A stretch of DNA of 47,228 bases from a virus (Duplodnaviria > Heunggongvirae > Uroviricota > Caudoviricetes): IMG/VR virus record IMGVR_UViG_647533161_000007. One strand, 5' to 3'. Positions 34,773-43,117 of the stretch are shown in pieces (positions within the stretch are counted from its first letter, which is position 1; every line of letters starts with the position of its first letter). The notes under the pieces were generated by a model, which was not told the DNA's origin, searched no databases, and worked only from the letters and a program-made list of their open reading frames with translations. The position numbers and the translations under genes were made by a program.

Positions 34773-35024
34773 TTATTCTTCTGCAAAAGCAGAAAAGCCA
34801 GCTTTTATTCCGATCTCTTTCAATGCCTGTAATGAAGTGACAAACTCACCTTCGCGCAAGATAAATCCGTCCGTGACCCGAGCATCCACAAAATTAATTA
34901 ACGCAGCCCCATTCTTTCGCAAACACATAATGCGGTAATGACTAACAAGATTTCCATTTTCAACGCACACAGCATAGAGGCCATCTTCACAAAAAATTTT
35001 ACGCAGTTCTTCGATGTTCATCAT
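34773..35024 (-). CDS. Rem-like hypothetical protein (83 aa), copy inside duplicated gap flank
   Basis: 83-aa ORF in the rem position of K-12 Qin (between ydfU and hokD); identical second copy at 35332..35579. Confidence 0.45.
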   Translation of the reverse strand: MMNIEELRKIFCEDGLYAVCVENGNLVSHYRIMCLRKNGAALINFVDARVTDGFILREGEFVTSLQALKEIGIKAGFSAFAEE

Positions 35025-35214
35025 CAGAATCCTTCCGGATAATTAGCTCTCCCCTTTAAGGGACCATCCCTCTTATCCCTGCGCGCTACTTAAGTATTTT
35101 TGATTCTATTCCGGCACCGTCCAGATCTTCAAACGCGTTGAAAATAAAAACAAAAACCCGCCGAAGCGGGTTAAGTGCGGGTGCGTTGAGGATGCCTGCC
35201 ACATCAGAGGTGGC

Positions 35215-35312
35215 NNNNNNNNNNNNNNNNNNNNNNNNNNNNNNNNNNNNNNNNNNNNNNNNNNNNNNNNNNNNNNNNNNNNNNNNNNNNNNNNNNNNNN
35301 NNNNNNNNNNNN
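35215..35312. other. Assembly gap (98 N)
   Basis: Run of N characters. Confidence 0.98.
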
Positions 35313-35331
35313 GATTGTAGATGAGTTTACT

Positions 35332-35579
35332 TCTTCTGCAAAAGCAGAAAAGCCAGCTTTTATTCCGATCTCTTTCAATGCCTGTAATGAAGTGACAAAC
35401 TCACCTTCGCGCAAGATAAATCCGTCCGTGACCCGAGCATCCACAAAATTAATTAACGCAGCCCCATTCTTTCGCAAACACATAATGCGGTAATGACTAA
35501 CAAGATTTCCATTTTCAACGCACACAGCATAGAGGCCATCTTCACAAAAAATTTTACGCAGTTCTTCGATGTTCATCAT
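35332..35579 (-). CDS. Rem-like hypothetical protein (83 aa), copy adjacent to hok
   Basis: Same ORF as 34773..35024. Confidence 0.45.
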
Positions 35580-35700
35580 CAGAATCCTTCCGGATAATTA
35601 GCTCTCCCCTTTAAGGGACCATCCCTCTTATCCCTGCGCGCTACTTAAGTATTTTTGATTCTATTCCGGCACCGTCCAGATCTTCAAACGCGTTGAAAAT

Positions 35701-35727
35701 AAAAACAAAAACCCGCCGAAGCGGGTT
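35701..35727 (-). terminator. Intrinsic terminator downstream of hok
   Basis: 7-bp stem aacccgc/gcgggtt (35710-35716, 35721-35727), loop cgaa, U-rich tail on the minus strand; duplicate at 35155..35172. Confidence 0.5.
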
Positions 35728-35795
35728 AAGTGCGGGTGCGTTGAGGATGCCTGCCACATCAGAGGTGGCGAGGGATTTCTCCCTCGCCGGGTCTC

Positions 35796-35951
35796 TTACT
35801 CCTCAGGTTCGTAAGCTGTGAAGACAGCGACCTCCGTCTGGCCGGTTCGGATTCGTACCTCGCAGAGGTCTTTCCTCGTTACCAGTGCCGTCACTATGAC
35901 GGTTAAACAGATGACGATCAGGGCGATTAACATCGCCTTTTGCTGCTTCAT
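35796..35951 (-). CDS. hokD: Hok-family type I toxin (HokD/RelF-like, 51 aa)
   Basis: MKQQKAMLIALIVICLTVIVTALVTRKDLCEVRIRTGQTEVAVFTAYEPEE from ATG 35949-35951 with AGGAG SD. Confidence 0.85.
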   Translation of the reverse strand: MKQQKAMLIALIVICLTVIVTALVTRKDLCEVRIRTGQTEVAVFTAYEPEE

Positions 35952-36625
35952 AGCCTGCTTCTCCTTGCCTTTCGGCTCGTAAGAGGCTAACCTACATGTG
36001 TCTAGCATGAAATTGGCCTCAGATTAATGTTAAGCGTCTTGCAGGACGCGTAATGTTAACTGGGGCTTTTCTCTATCTGCCTTTGGTGTTCATGCCCGAG
36101 GCAGATAGCCTCAAGCACCCGCAGCCATTCTACTTAACTACCGTTACCTCGCCAATATGAAATCAGTCAGAAAGGCGATCCATAAGAACAATAGCAAGAC
36201 AATAAATCGCCATTACAGCCGTAATAGCCAGCGCACATTTGAGAACCAGCACCACAACCTCCTGTATTGGACGTAGACCAGTCCTGATGAATATGAGGCT
36301 GTCTCGTCAGTGATTCAATACAACTATTGGGTATAGTTTCTCTGATTTTTTCTGTGGAAATGGGGCACAACCACTAGTCACCACCAGCACTTCTTTTAAT
36401 ACGCAAAGTCCGACACAAGCTAACCTTCTAGTCCGCTTTGAGCGAAAAACAGCCATAATTTAGTGCCACGTATATAATGATAGAGCTATTCAAGCTAGCA
36501 ATTCACATGTAAAAATTCAGAGGGTAGAAGCACATAGTTATAAATGTTGGCTCCATCGACAAATTGCGGTCTCAAGTACATTTATTAATGTTGCCCCCGC
36601 ATTAACAAATCATCAAGGTGACGAC

Positions 36626-38413
36626 ATGGACGATATTAATATCAGCCTCGACGAACTTAACACTATTGATTTATCCCCCTTAATCCAGAGTAAGCTGCCA
36701 GTTACCTGCTTTGATATCACAAAGTATCTTTCTAGCCTAGGTGATGGAAGAGCGGAGATAAGACTGCTAACCCATATTTGCGGTTTTCACTTTCGTCCCG
36801 AAAATCCACAGGTACCATTTGGTCCGTGCTTTCAAAGCAGCCAAGGTAGATCTGCAATTCCGGATGACATTAACGGGTTGTCGCTGGAGGTACTTTCTCA
36901 ATTTTGCCCGACGATAGAGCTACCCGAACTTCAAGCTCGTATTGCTGATACACTTTGGGTTCGTAAAATTGGTGGAATCCGTTTTCCTTTGCTGGCAGTC
37001 CGTGCTTATTATGCGTCCAGTATAGCTATTATGACATCGCAAGGGACGTGGGTTAGTGCTTTAGAACGCCTAGAGCGTGCGCTTAGGCTGTGTTGTTTTT
37101 TTCGAAAGAATACTGATTTCAGGGATGAATTTGATCAGCTTTCGGCACATCTACTAGCAGAGTATGAACGTACCAGAGAACAAGGCGATTCACCTTATCC
37201 GCTGCGACTCCTGCAACTCGATATCGACTGTAAAGTGAGTGAGCCATCTTTTATTGCCCAGGAACTCCTGTTTCTGACAAAAAACTATCTGGCTCAAAAA
37301 TTATTTTCATTTGCCGTCGATGCCTGTAAAACCGCAATCACGATTGCGAATAGGTGCTGTGACAGAGATACACAGTTTGAATTCTGGCGGCTTCTTGCCG
37401 ATACACATCTGGAAGAGTCAAAATTCCAAGATGGCGGTATGATTTCGGCAGCCTGCATGCAGAATGCTATTGAAGCACTGGCTAATATTCCAGGAACCCG
37501 AATAGAACGTCTTGCGCTGTATGAAGAAATGCGTGATTACCAAATCGAATCCCGTCACCAGATGTCTATCCTTCAGTCTCCCCCTCAAGATATTAGTGAG
37601 ATTGTCCATCAAGCCAAGAGTCGGGTAGTCGGAAGAGATATGTTTGATATGGTTTTCAGACTTGCGATGCTGGTCTGTCGGCCAACCAGCATTGAGAGAC
37701 TTAAGGCTCAAGCAATAGAACAAAAGGCCAACAGCATAGCTTGGATGTTTGGATCAACACATATTGATCATGAGGGAATGACACTTGCTCGCATACCCGC
37801 AGGATTGGGGATTGATGATGCAAATGGGGCAGTTATTTGGCCCATAATGATGACGAGAATGCGTATCGACCATGAGTTGGCAGTAGCTGGGCAAATTATT
37901 CCTGCTACAGATGAGATCACAATGAAATATCCAATCTCGGAGGCGTTTTTTCGCGATATGTTCATCAATCATCCCTTCATCCCGTTTGGGCATGAAGAGT
38001 TTTTCATCAAGGGTATGGTTTGCGGTTTCAATGGAGATTTTATGACGGCATGCCACGTGTTGATTCCCCAGATCGAAAATAGTCTGAGATATGTGGCTAA
38101 AATTAAAGGTGAGGAACCATCGCAGCTTCACGGGGACGGTTCGCAAGAGCGAAATGGACTCAAGGGATTACTAGATAATCCACTGATTATTGAAGCTTTC
38201 GGCGTAGACATAATTGGCAATCTTCAGGCCTTACTGGTAGATAAAATCTATGGTGATTTACGAAATCAACTAGCTCACGGATATGTGCCTGCCGGTTACT
38301 ACAATCAACCTCCCTGCATTTTTGCATGGTGGCTTGTATTGCACATTCTAATGAACCCTACGGCGAGATACTGGCAAGCCACTTATGGCCAAGAGAGTGA
38401 GGCTCAGACTTAA
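36626..38413 (+). CDS. Uncharacterised 595-aa protein with C-terminal HEPN-like R-x4-H motif; candidate defence/abortive-infection cargo gene
   Basis: ATG 36626 with AAGGTGA SD; RNQLAH encoded at 38261-38278 (aa 546-551); on the strand opposite to flanking early genes; visibly AT-richer than phage structural genes; no recognisable phage core function. Confidence 0.8.
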   Translation: MDDINISLDELNTIDLSPLIQSKLPVTCFDITKYLSSLGDGRAEIRLLTHICGFHFRPENPQVPFGPCFQSSQGRSAIPDDINGLSLEVLSQFCPTIELPELQARIADTLWVRKIGGIRFPLLAVRAYYASSIAIMTSQGTWVSALERLERALRLCCFFRKNTDFRDEFDQLSAHLLAEYERTREQGDSPYPLRLLQLDIDCKVSEPSFIAQELLFLTKNYLAQKLFSFAVDACKTAITIANRCCDRDTQFEFWRLLADTHLEESKFQDGGMISAACMQNAIEALANIPGTRIERLALYEEMRDYQIESRHQMSILQSPPQDISEIVHQAKSRVVGRDMFDMVFRLAMLVCRPTSIERLKAQAIEQKANSIAWMFGSTHIDHEGMTLARIPAGLGIDDANGAVIWPIMMTRMRIDHELAVAGQIIPATDEITMKYPISEAFFRDMFINHPFIPFGHEEFFIKGMVCGFNGDFMTACHVLIPQIENSLRYVAKIKGEEPSQLHGDGSQERNGLKGLLDNPLIIEAFGVDIIGNLQALLVDKIYGDLRNQLAHGYVPAGYYNQPPCIFAWWLVLHILMNPTARYWQATYGQESEAQT

Positions 38414-38631
38414 AGTGAATAAGTTTACGAAGTTGGCACTTCCGGATGCATGTCCATATGAGTTGAGGCGATTTGGTTAATAAGGTTGAGTGCTGCTGAA
38501 ATTATTCGATGTCCGCTTTTGGCACAAAGCGGACAACCACGCCAGATCTACCCTGTGCCATGAAAAATGAGAATGTCAATTCACTCCTGAACTAATGCTT
38601 TTTAATCTAGTAACGTCTAAAATACCTAACA

Positions 38632-39033
38632 TTATCCCTGATAAAATGCCAGTATGCGCTGCATAACTTCACTCATCCGGCACTCGCGACAGATTATGTT
38701 TAGGCGACTGTCGTAGCGACGTATTTCTCCATCAGGTAACGACCAGATAAGGTCCGGATCAACCACAGCTGTTTTCTTCACCTTTGCCCTCGAGAGTTTT
38801 TTGCGGGCGTTTTGCCAGTCCTTACGCGCCTGTTCAGACGGGAATAACCCGTAGCCGGAGTTGTATACATCGCCACTGGCTACCAGCTCTCTGGCAAGAA
38901 CGCTCATCAGATATCTAGTCGCACCTGTTTTAGCTTCCAGTTGCCGTAACGTCTCACGACCGCTCTGGCGCACGAGTTCCACCACCTGCCCTTTAATTTT
39001 TTCCCGCTCTTCTTGTGTAAAAACTTTTGCCAC
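38632..39033 (-). CDS. Hypothetical protein (133 aa), possible DNA-binding
   Basis: GTG start with GGGGGA SD; basic, downstream of the replication gene in the same orientation; no family recognised. Confidence 0.45.
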   Translation of the reverse strand: MAKVFTQEEREKIKGQVVELVRQSGRETLRQLEAKTGATRYLMSVLARELVASGDVYNSGYGLFPSEQARKDWQNARKKLSRAKVKKTAVVDPDLIWSLPDGEIRRYDSRLNIICRECRMSEVMQRILAFYQG

Positions 39034-39073
39034 AAGTCCCCCTTAAAATTACCTCATGACCTGAAATCAAAAC

Positions 39074-40039
39074 TTATCCTCTGAAACCAGGCGGAATTTC
39101 TGTATCCGGTTCAGAAATATGATTAACACAACGCTGTACAGGTGAACGCCCCAGGCGGATGACCAGTTCGTCCCATTTTTCGCGGAGCTTTGACGGGCTC
39201 ATGATGTTTTTTACCCAGAATGGATCCCGCTGTACCCGACCAAACATTTCACAAATTTGTCTGTGGCTTCTGCCATCCAGCATCCGCATTGTGCGCACAT
39301 CATTGGCCCAGACAGTCCAGTTAGGCTCTTTTGGTCGCATGATCTCGCCATCATCACTGGCGGCCTGTTCGTAGAGACCCACGATCCGCCCCCATATCCA
39401 CTGCGCACACGCCAGATCCTCCTGGCTACCCCACTGGCGTTTTTTCGCACTAAACACAACTGCGCCAGGGTGCCGGATTAAAAAATCCTGTTCAGCCGTC
39501 TGCGGGTCCGGTTGCGAAGCTTCCGGACGAAAAGTGTTTTTATTCTCTGTAGTAATCTCTGTTGTATTCTCTGTAGGATCATCGGGCCATTTTGACCCGA
39601 TGACATTGGGTCGTTTTGAACCAATGGAGCGTTTCATTTTGACCTCTTCCATCGTGTCATTTTGACCTGATGGAGCGGCGCATTTTGAACCGATGGATTC
39701 GCTCAATTTGCCATCATCTAAAAGCTCGCTTCCATAGTTAATCGTGTAGAAATTGGTCATATCGCGCTTTGATTTATTGAGCTTTTCACAACGCAAAAGC
39801 CCCAGCGTTTTCAGACTTGCAAACGCGCGCTTTAACGTTGACTCTGACCAGAATGGGAACTGTTCCAGCCATTGTTCCGTTGTGTTGTAAATCCAGCGAA
39901 CACCATCACATTCCATGCCGGAATTGGTATCTCTCAACCAGTAATGCAACTGCTGCAACACAATGGCTTCATTTAAGCCAATCTTCATCGCAAGCTGTGT
40001 GTTTATAACCAGTGGGCGTTCAGCAAAAAGAAGGCTCAT
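39074..40039 (-). CDS. Phage replication initiation / replisome organizer protein (O-like)
   Basis: ATG 40037-40039; N-terminal region typical of replisome-organizer proteins (ERPLVINTQLAMKIGLNEAIVLQQLHYW); position after cro/cII-like genes. Confidence 0.7.
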   Translation of the reverse strand: MSLLFAERPLVINTQLAMKIGLNEAIVLQQLHYWLRDTNSGMECDGVRWIYNTTEQWLEQFPFWSESTLKRAFASLKTLGLLRCEKLNKSKRDMTNFYTINYGSELLDDGKLSESIGSKCAAPSGQNDTMEEVKMKRSIGSKRPNVIGSKWPDDPTENTTEITTENKNTFRPEASQPDPQTAEQDFLIRHPGAVVFSAKKRQWGSQEDLACAQWIWGRIVGLYEQAASDDGEIMRPKEPNWTVWANDVRTMRMLDGRSHRQICEMFGRVQRDPFWVKNIMSPSKLREKWDELVIRLGRSPVQRCVNHISEPDTEIPPGFRG

Positions 40040-40541
40040 AATTCCATCCAGCTTTTTGTTGGTATTGCTGTCGATACGCAAGTTTGAAAGCAATTGCTTT
40101 TTCTATAAGTTCGTCAGTTTCACGATCCACTACGGCAGGATCAGCAAAAAGCAGTCCGGACTCCACCACATCGCCATATTCTTTGTTTAACCCGGCGATC
40201 ATGTACGTGATGCTTTTTCCGTCACTAATTTCACGATACAACCTGAAATCATTAATCCGGATAGCCTCCATAATTGCAGGCACTAGCGCCGTGAACTTTT
40301 CACGCTTATCCCTGGTGTCGATAGCCTTCCAGCGTTCGAATATCTTCACTCGATTAACGCCAAGCGCTCGCTGATCAACCGCGCCACCTTCATCTGTGAC
40401 ACGCTGAACATCGATGTTCGGGCGCTCTTTCAAAGCCCAGAATGCTTCAGTGATTAATATCGTCGCCTGCTCCTGTGTCATTCCTGGTCGACATATCCAG
40501 GCATCCAGAGCCTCACGAGCCTGTTCAGGAGTGATTTTCAT
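40020..40541 (-). CDS. YdaT/CII-position regulatory protein
   Basis: 173-aa ORF directly downstream of the Cro/DicC-like gene; assignment by position and size. Confidence 0.45.
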   Translation of the reverse strand: MKITPEQAREALDAWICRPGMTQEQATILITEAFWALKERPNIDVQRVTDEGGAVDQRALGVNRVKIFERWKAIDTRDKREKFTALVPAIMEAIRINDFRLYREISDGKSITYMIAGLNKEYGDVVESGLLFADPAVVDRETDELIEKAIAFKLAYRQQYQQKAGWNYEPSFC

Positions 40542-40752
40542 TGTTCAACCGCCCCGCCCGCTTCGTCTTACGATATTCGTCATAAACCTTGGGATCATAC
40601 AGAAGCTCGCCGCCAGATGCCTCCTGTAGACGCATCGCGCGACCTTCAGGAACCAGCTCTTGCCATTGAGAAACAGCAGATGGGTCAACGCCAGCAGCTT
40701 TCGCTACTTTGGCTTTCGTACCGTAAAAATTAATTACGTCTGATTTAAACAT
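40525..40752 (-). CDS. dicC: Cro-like repressor (DicC-like)
   Basis: 75 aa from ATG 40750-40752 with GGAGGTG SD; divergent from the DicA-like gene; HTH region GTKAKVAKAAGVDPSAVSQW. Confidence 0.6.
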   Translation of the reverse strand: MFKSDVINFYGTKAKVAKAAGVDPSAVSQWQELVPEGRAMRLQEASGGELLYDPKVYDEYRKTKRAGRLNNENHS

Positions 40753-40764
40753 CGCACCTCCAGT

Positions 40765-40780
40765 ATTGAGTTTTCTCAAT
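40765..40780. promoter_or_regulatory. Candidate operator palindrome in the dicC/dicA divergent region
   Basis: Perfect inverted repeat ATTGAG-TTTT-CTCAAT; a second palindrome AGATATCT lies at 40818..40825. Confidence 0.4.
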
Positions 40781-40829
40781 GCTAATCACTCAAGGAATCT
40801 CAAGTCAAGGGTTATTAAGATATCTAAAT

Positions 40830-41237
40830 ATGAACGAGAAAACTTTAGGTCAACGCATTAGAGAAAGACGTAAGCAGGTAGGTTTAAGTCAAAACGGTTT
40901 AAGCAAAGCTGCTGGCGTATCTGGCTCATCAATTTCATTATGGGAAAGTGACCATACAGCCCCGCGCGGGCAAAATTTGCATCGCCTCGCCGAGGTATTG
41001 CAATGTTCACCAACCTGGATACTGTTTGGCGACGAGGACAAAACACCAGCTCCCCCTGTTTCACTCGATAGTGCCTTAGACTTATCGGAAGATGAGTTAG
41101 AGATGCTGCGTTTGTATCGCGCACTTCCTAAATCAGAGCAACAAGCACAACTCAGCGAACTCCGCGCCCGCGTTGAGAATTTTAATCGCCTGTTCACCGA
41201 GCTATTAGAGGCTCGCAAACGCAACAAGCATCAATAA
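40830..41237 (+). CDS. dicA: CI-like repressor DicA (XRE-family HTH)
   Basis: 135 aa from ATG 40830; HTH (LSQNGLSKAAGVSGSSISLWE) and C-terminal LQCSPTWILFGDEDK...LFTELLEARKRN closely resemble K-12 DicA. Confidence 0.85.
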   Translation: MNEKTLGQRIRERRKQVGLSQNGLSKAAGVSGSSISLWESDHTAPRGQNLHRLAEVLQCSPTWILFGDEDKTPAPPVSLDSALDLSEDELEMLRLYRALPKSEQQAQLSELRARVENFNRLFTELLEARKRNKHQ

Positions 41238-41429
41238 TCATCCCTTCACAAAATTTTAAAGCCTTACATTTCAATGTATTGGCTTTATCTTGCGCCAATA
41301 CTTGAGTTTTCTCATCAAAAAGCCTTGACGAAAAATAATGAGAAAACTAAATTACCTCCATCAACACACCGCACGGTGTTCTCAGCAAACAGTTCCGCTA
41401 CCCCGGCGTTAAGGGGAAATGAGGTCAGC

Positions 41430-41585
41430 ATGGATACTATCGATCTTGGCAACAACGAATCTCTGGTGTACGGCGTGTTTCCAAACCAGGACGGCACGTT
41501 CACCGCAATGACGTATACCAAAAGCAAAACGTTTAAAACCGAAAATGGTGCCCGTCGCTGGCTGGAAAGAAACTCAGGTGAGTGA
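41430..41585 (+). CDS. ydfA: YdfA-like small protein (51 aa)
   Basis: ATG 41430 with GAGGT SD; MDTIDLGNNESLVYGVFPNQDG...; position downstream of dicA. Confidence 0.6.
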   Translation: MDTIDLGNNESLVYGVFPNQDGTFTAMTYTKSKTFKTENGARRWLERNSGE

Positions 41586-41586
41586 T

Positions 41587-42099
41587 ATGGATTTCGACAC
41601 AATCATGGAAAAGGCTTACGAAGAATACTTCGAAGGCCTTGCCGAAGGCGAAGAAGCTCTCAGCTTCAGTGAGTTTAAACAGGCACTCAGAATAAGAATG
41701 CGCTCTCACAATGACGCGGAGCACAAATATGAGAAGCAAAATCAGACCGCAGAAAATTTTGTTCTGGAACCCGGAGAAACGCTTTTCAAAATTCCCGTTA
41801 CGTGCCCCATTTGCGGTTTTACATCAGAAGAACTTGACGACTCCTGTAACAATCAGGAAACAACCAAGTATGTCGAAGATGATACCGAGTGCGCACGAAG
41901 AACGATTATATCCACGAGTCCAAACTCCAGGACCAATAAATCTCACTTTGAGAGGGTGATTAATCCACTCCCCCAAACCAATAAAAAAGATGCCGGAGGA
42001 CAAAAAACCAATGGAACAACGGGATATCTGTCAAAAAAAGACGTTCCATTAAAGACAAACAACGCAGCGCCAACAACTGTAAGCGCTTTATACCAGTAA
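41587..42099 (+). CDS. YdfB/YdfC-like protein with zinc-ribbon motif
   Basis: 170-aa ORF starting 2 nt after ydfA stop; CPICGF motif; K-12 has two shorter genes here. Confidence 0.5.
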   Translation: MDFDTIMEKAYEEYFEGLAEGEEALSFSEFKQALRIRMRSHNDAEHKYEKQNQTAENFVLEPGETLFKIPVTCPICGFTSEELDDSCNNQETTKYVEDDTECARRTIISTSPNSRTNKSHFERVINPLPQTNKKDAGGQKTNGTTGYLSKKDVPLKTNNAAPTTVSALYQ

Positions 42100-42420
42100 T
42101 CAATTTTCATGTTCTTAAGCGGATTTATTGGTGGTTGCGACATTGCTTAATGAATCCTTAAAACTGTGGTGATTTTAAGGATACCACCTCGCCTGACGTG
42201 GTTAAAAGCAGGCACACAACACGAAAGCGCACGGCGAAGTTCGTCTCACTGTACGGTGTCGTCAAATTTAATTCGACCGTGCGCTTCCGGTTGTGGCAAC
42301 CCGCGAAATGGCGCGGCGGTAAGTATGGCGGGGTTATTCCTTCCCCGTTGAGGACACCGAGTTGTCAGGTTGACCATACGCTTAAGCGACAACCCCGCTG
42401 CAACGCCCTCTGTTATCAAT

Positions 42421-42478
42421 TTTCTGGTGACGTTTGGCGGTATCAGTTTTACTCCGTGACTGCTCTGCCGCCGTTTTT
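42421..42478 (+). ncRNA. dicF: DicF small RNA (ftsZ-targeting sRNA) with intrinsic terminator
   Basis: tttctggtgacgtttggcggtatcagttttactccgtgactgctctgccgccgttttt matches recalled DicF almost exactly; ends in GC-stem plus U5; between ydfC-like gene and dicB. Confidence 0.75.
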
Positions 42479-42647
42479 AAAGTGAATTTTGTGATGCGGT
42501 GAATGCGGCTAAGCGCACGCGGAACAGTTAAAACCAAAAACAGTGTTATGGGTGGATTCTCTGTATCCGGCGTTAATTGTTAACTGGTTAACGTCACCTG
42601 GAGGCACCAGGCACTGCATCACAAAATTCATTGTTGAGGACGCGATA

Positions 42648-42836
42648 ATGAAAACGTTATTACCAAACGTTAATACGTCTGAAGGTTGTTTTGAAATTGG
42701 TGTCACTATCAGTAACCCTGTATTTACTGAAGATGCCATTAACAAGAGAAAACAAGAACGGGAGCTATTAAATAAAATATGCATTGTTTCAATGCTGGCT
42801 CGTTTACGTCTGATGCCAAAAGGATGTGCACAATGA
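42648..42836 (+). CDS. dicB: Cell-division inhibitor DicB (62 aa)
   Basis: ATG 42648 with GAGGA SD; MKTLLPNVNTSEGCFEIGVTISNPVFTEDAINKRKQERELLNKICIVSMLARLRLMPKGCAQ. Confidence 0.85.
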   Translation: MKTLLPNVNTSEGCFEIGVTISNPVFTEDAINKRKQERELLNKICIVSMLARLRLMPKGCAQ

Positions 42837-43024
42837 ATTCAGCATTTGCGCTTGTTCTGACAGTTTTTCTTGTTTCCGGAGAGCCAGTTGATATTGCAGT
42901 CAGTGTTCACAGGACAATGCAGGAGTGTATGACTGCAGCAACCGAACAGAAAATTCCCGGTAACTGTTACCCGGTCGATAAAGTTATTCACCAGTATAAT
43001 ATCGAAATCCCGGCAGGTCTTTAA
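42833..43024 (+). CDS. ydfD: YdfD-like small membrane protein (63 aa)
   Basis: ATGA overlap with dicB stop (42833-42836); N-terminal TM segment. Confidence 0.7.
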   Translation: MNSAFALVLTVFLVSGEPVDIAVSVHRTMQECMTAATEQKIPGNCYPVDKVIHQYNIEIPAGL

Positions 43025-43117
43025 AACAGTTCCGTAATAAATATCCGGTTTCATTCTTATATGCCAGCAATGGCAGGGATTTGTTCATCCTTAAATCTGT
43101 CATGAGGTTAAAACAAA

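Larger units (their letters stand above)
34759..35769. repeat. ~456-bp direct duplication flanking an N-gap, probably assembly artefact
   Basis: 34759..35214 and 35313..35769 are near-identical (one indel near the start), separated only by the N-run. Confidence 0.75.

Noticed and set aside
35106-35579. 157-aa ORF with an internal run of X
   Set aside because: Spans the 98-N gap; the real gene is the 83-aa rem-like ORF (35332..35579).
36167-36370. 67-aa Cys/Gly/Tyr-rich minus-strand ORF
   Set aside because: No ribosome-binding site, low-complexity tail, and it overlaps in another frame the 29-aa hydrophobic ORF that does have a consensus SD.
38511-38534. 9-bp-stem hairpin between the cargo gene and the convergent 133-aa gene, considered as an intrinsic terminator
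   Set aside because: No U-tract on either strand, so not reported as a terminator feature; kept only as context for the cargo-gene finding.
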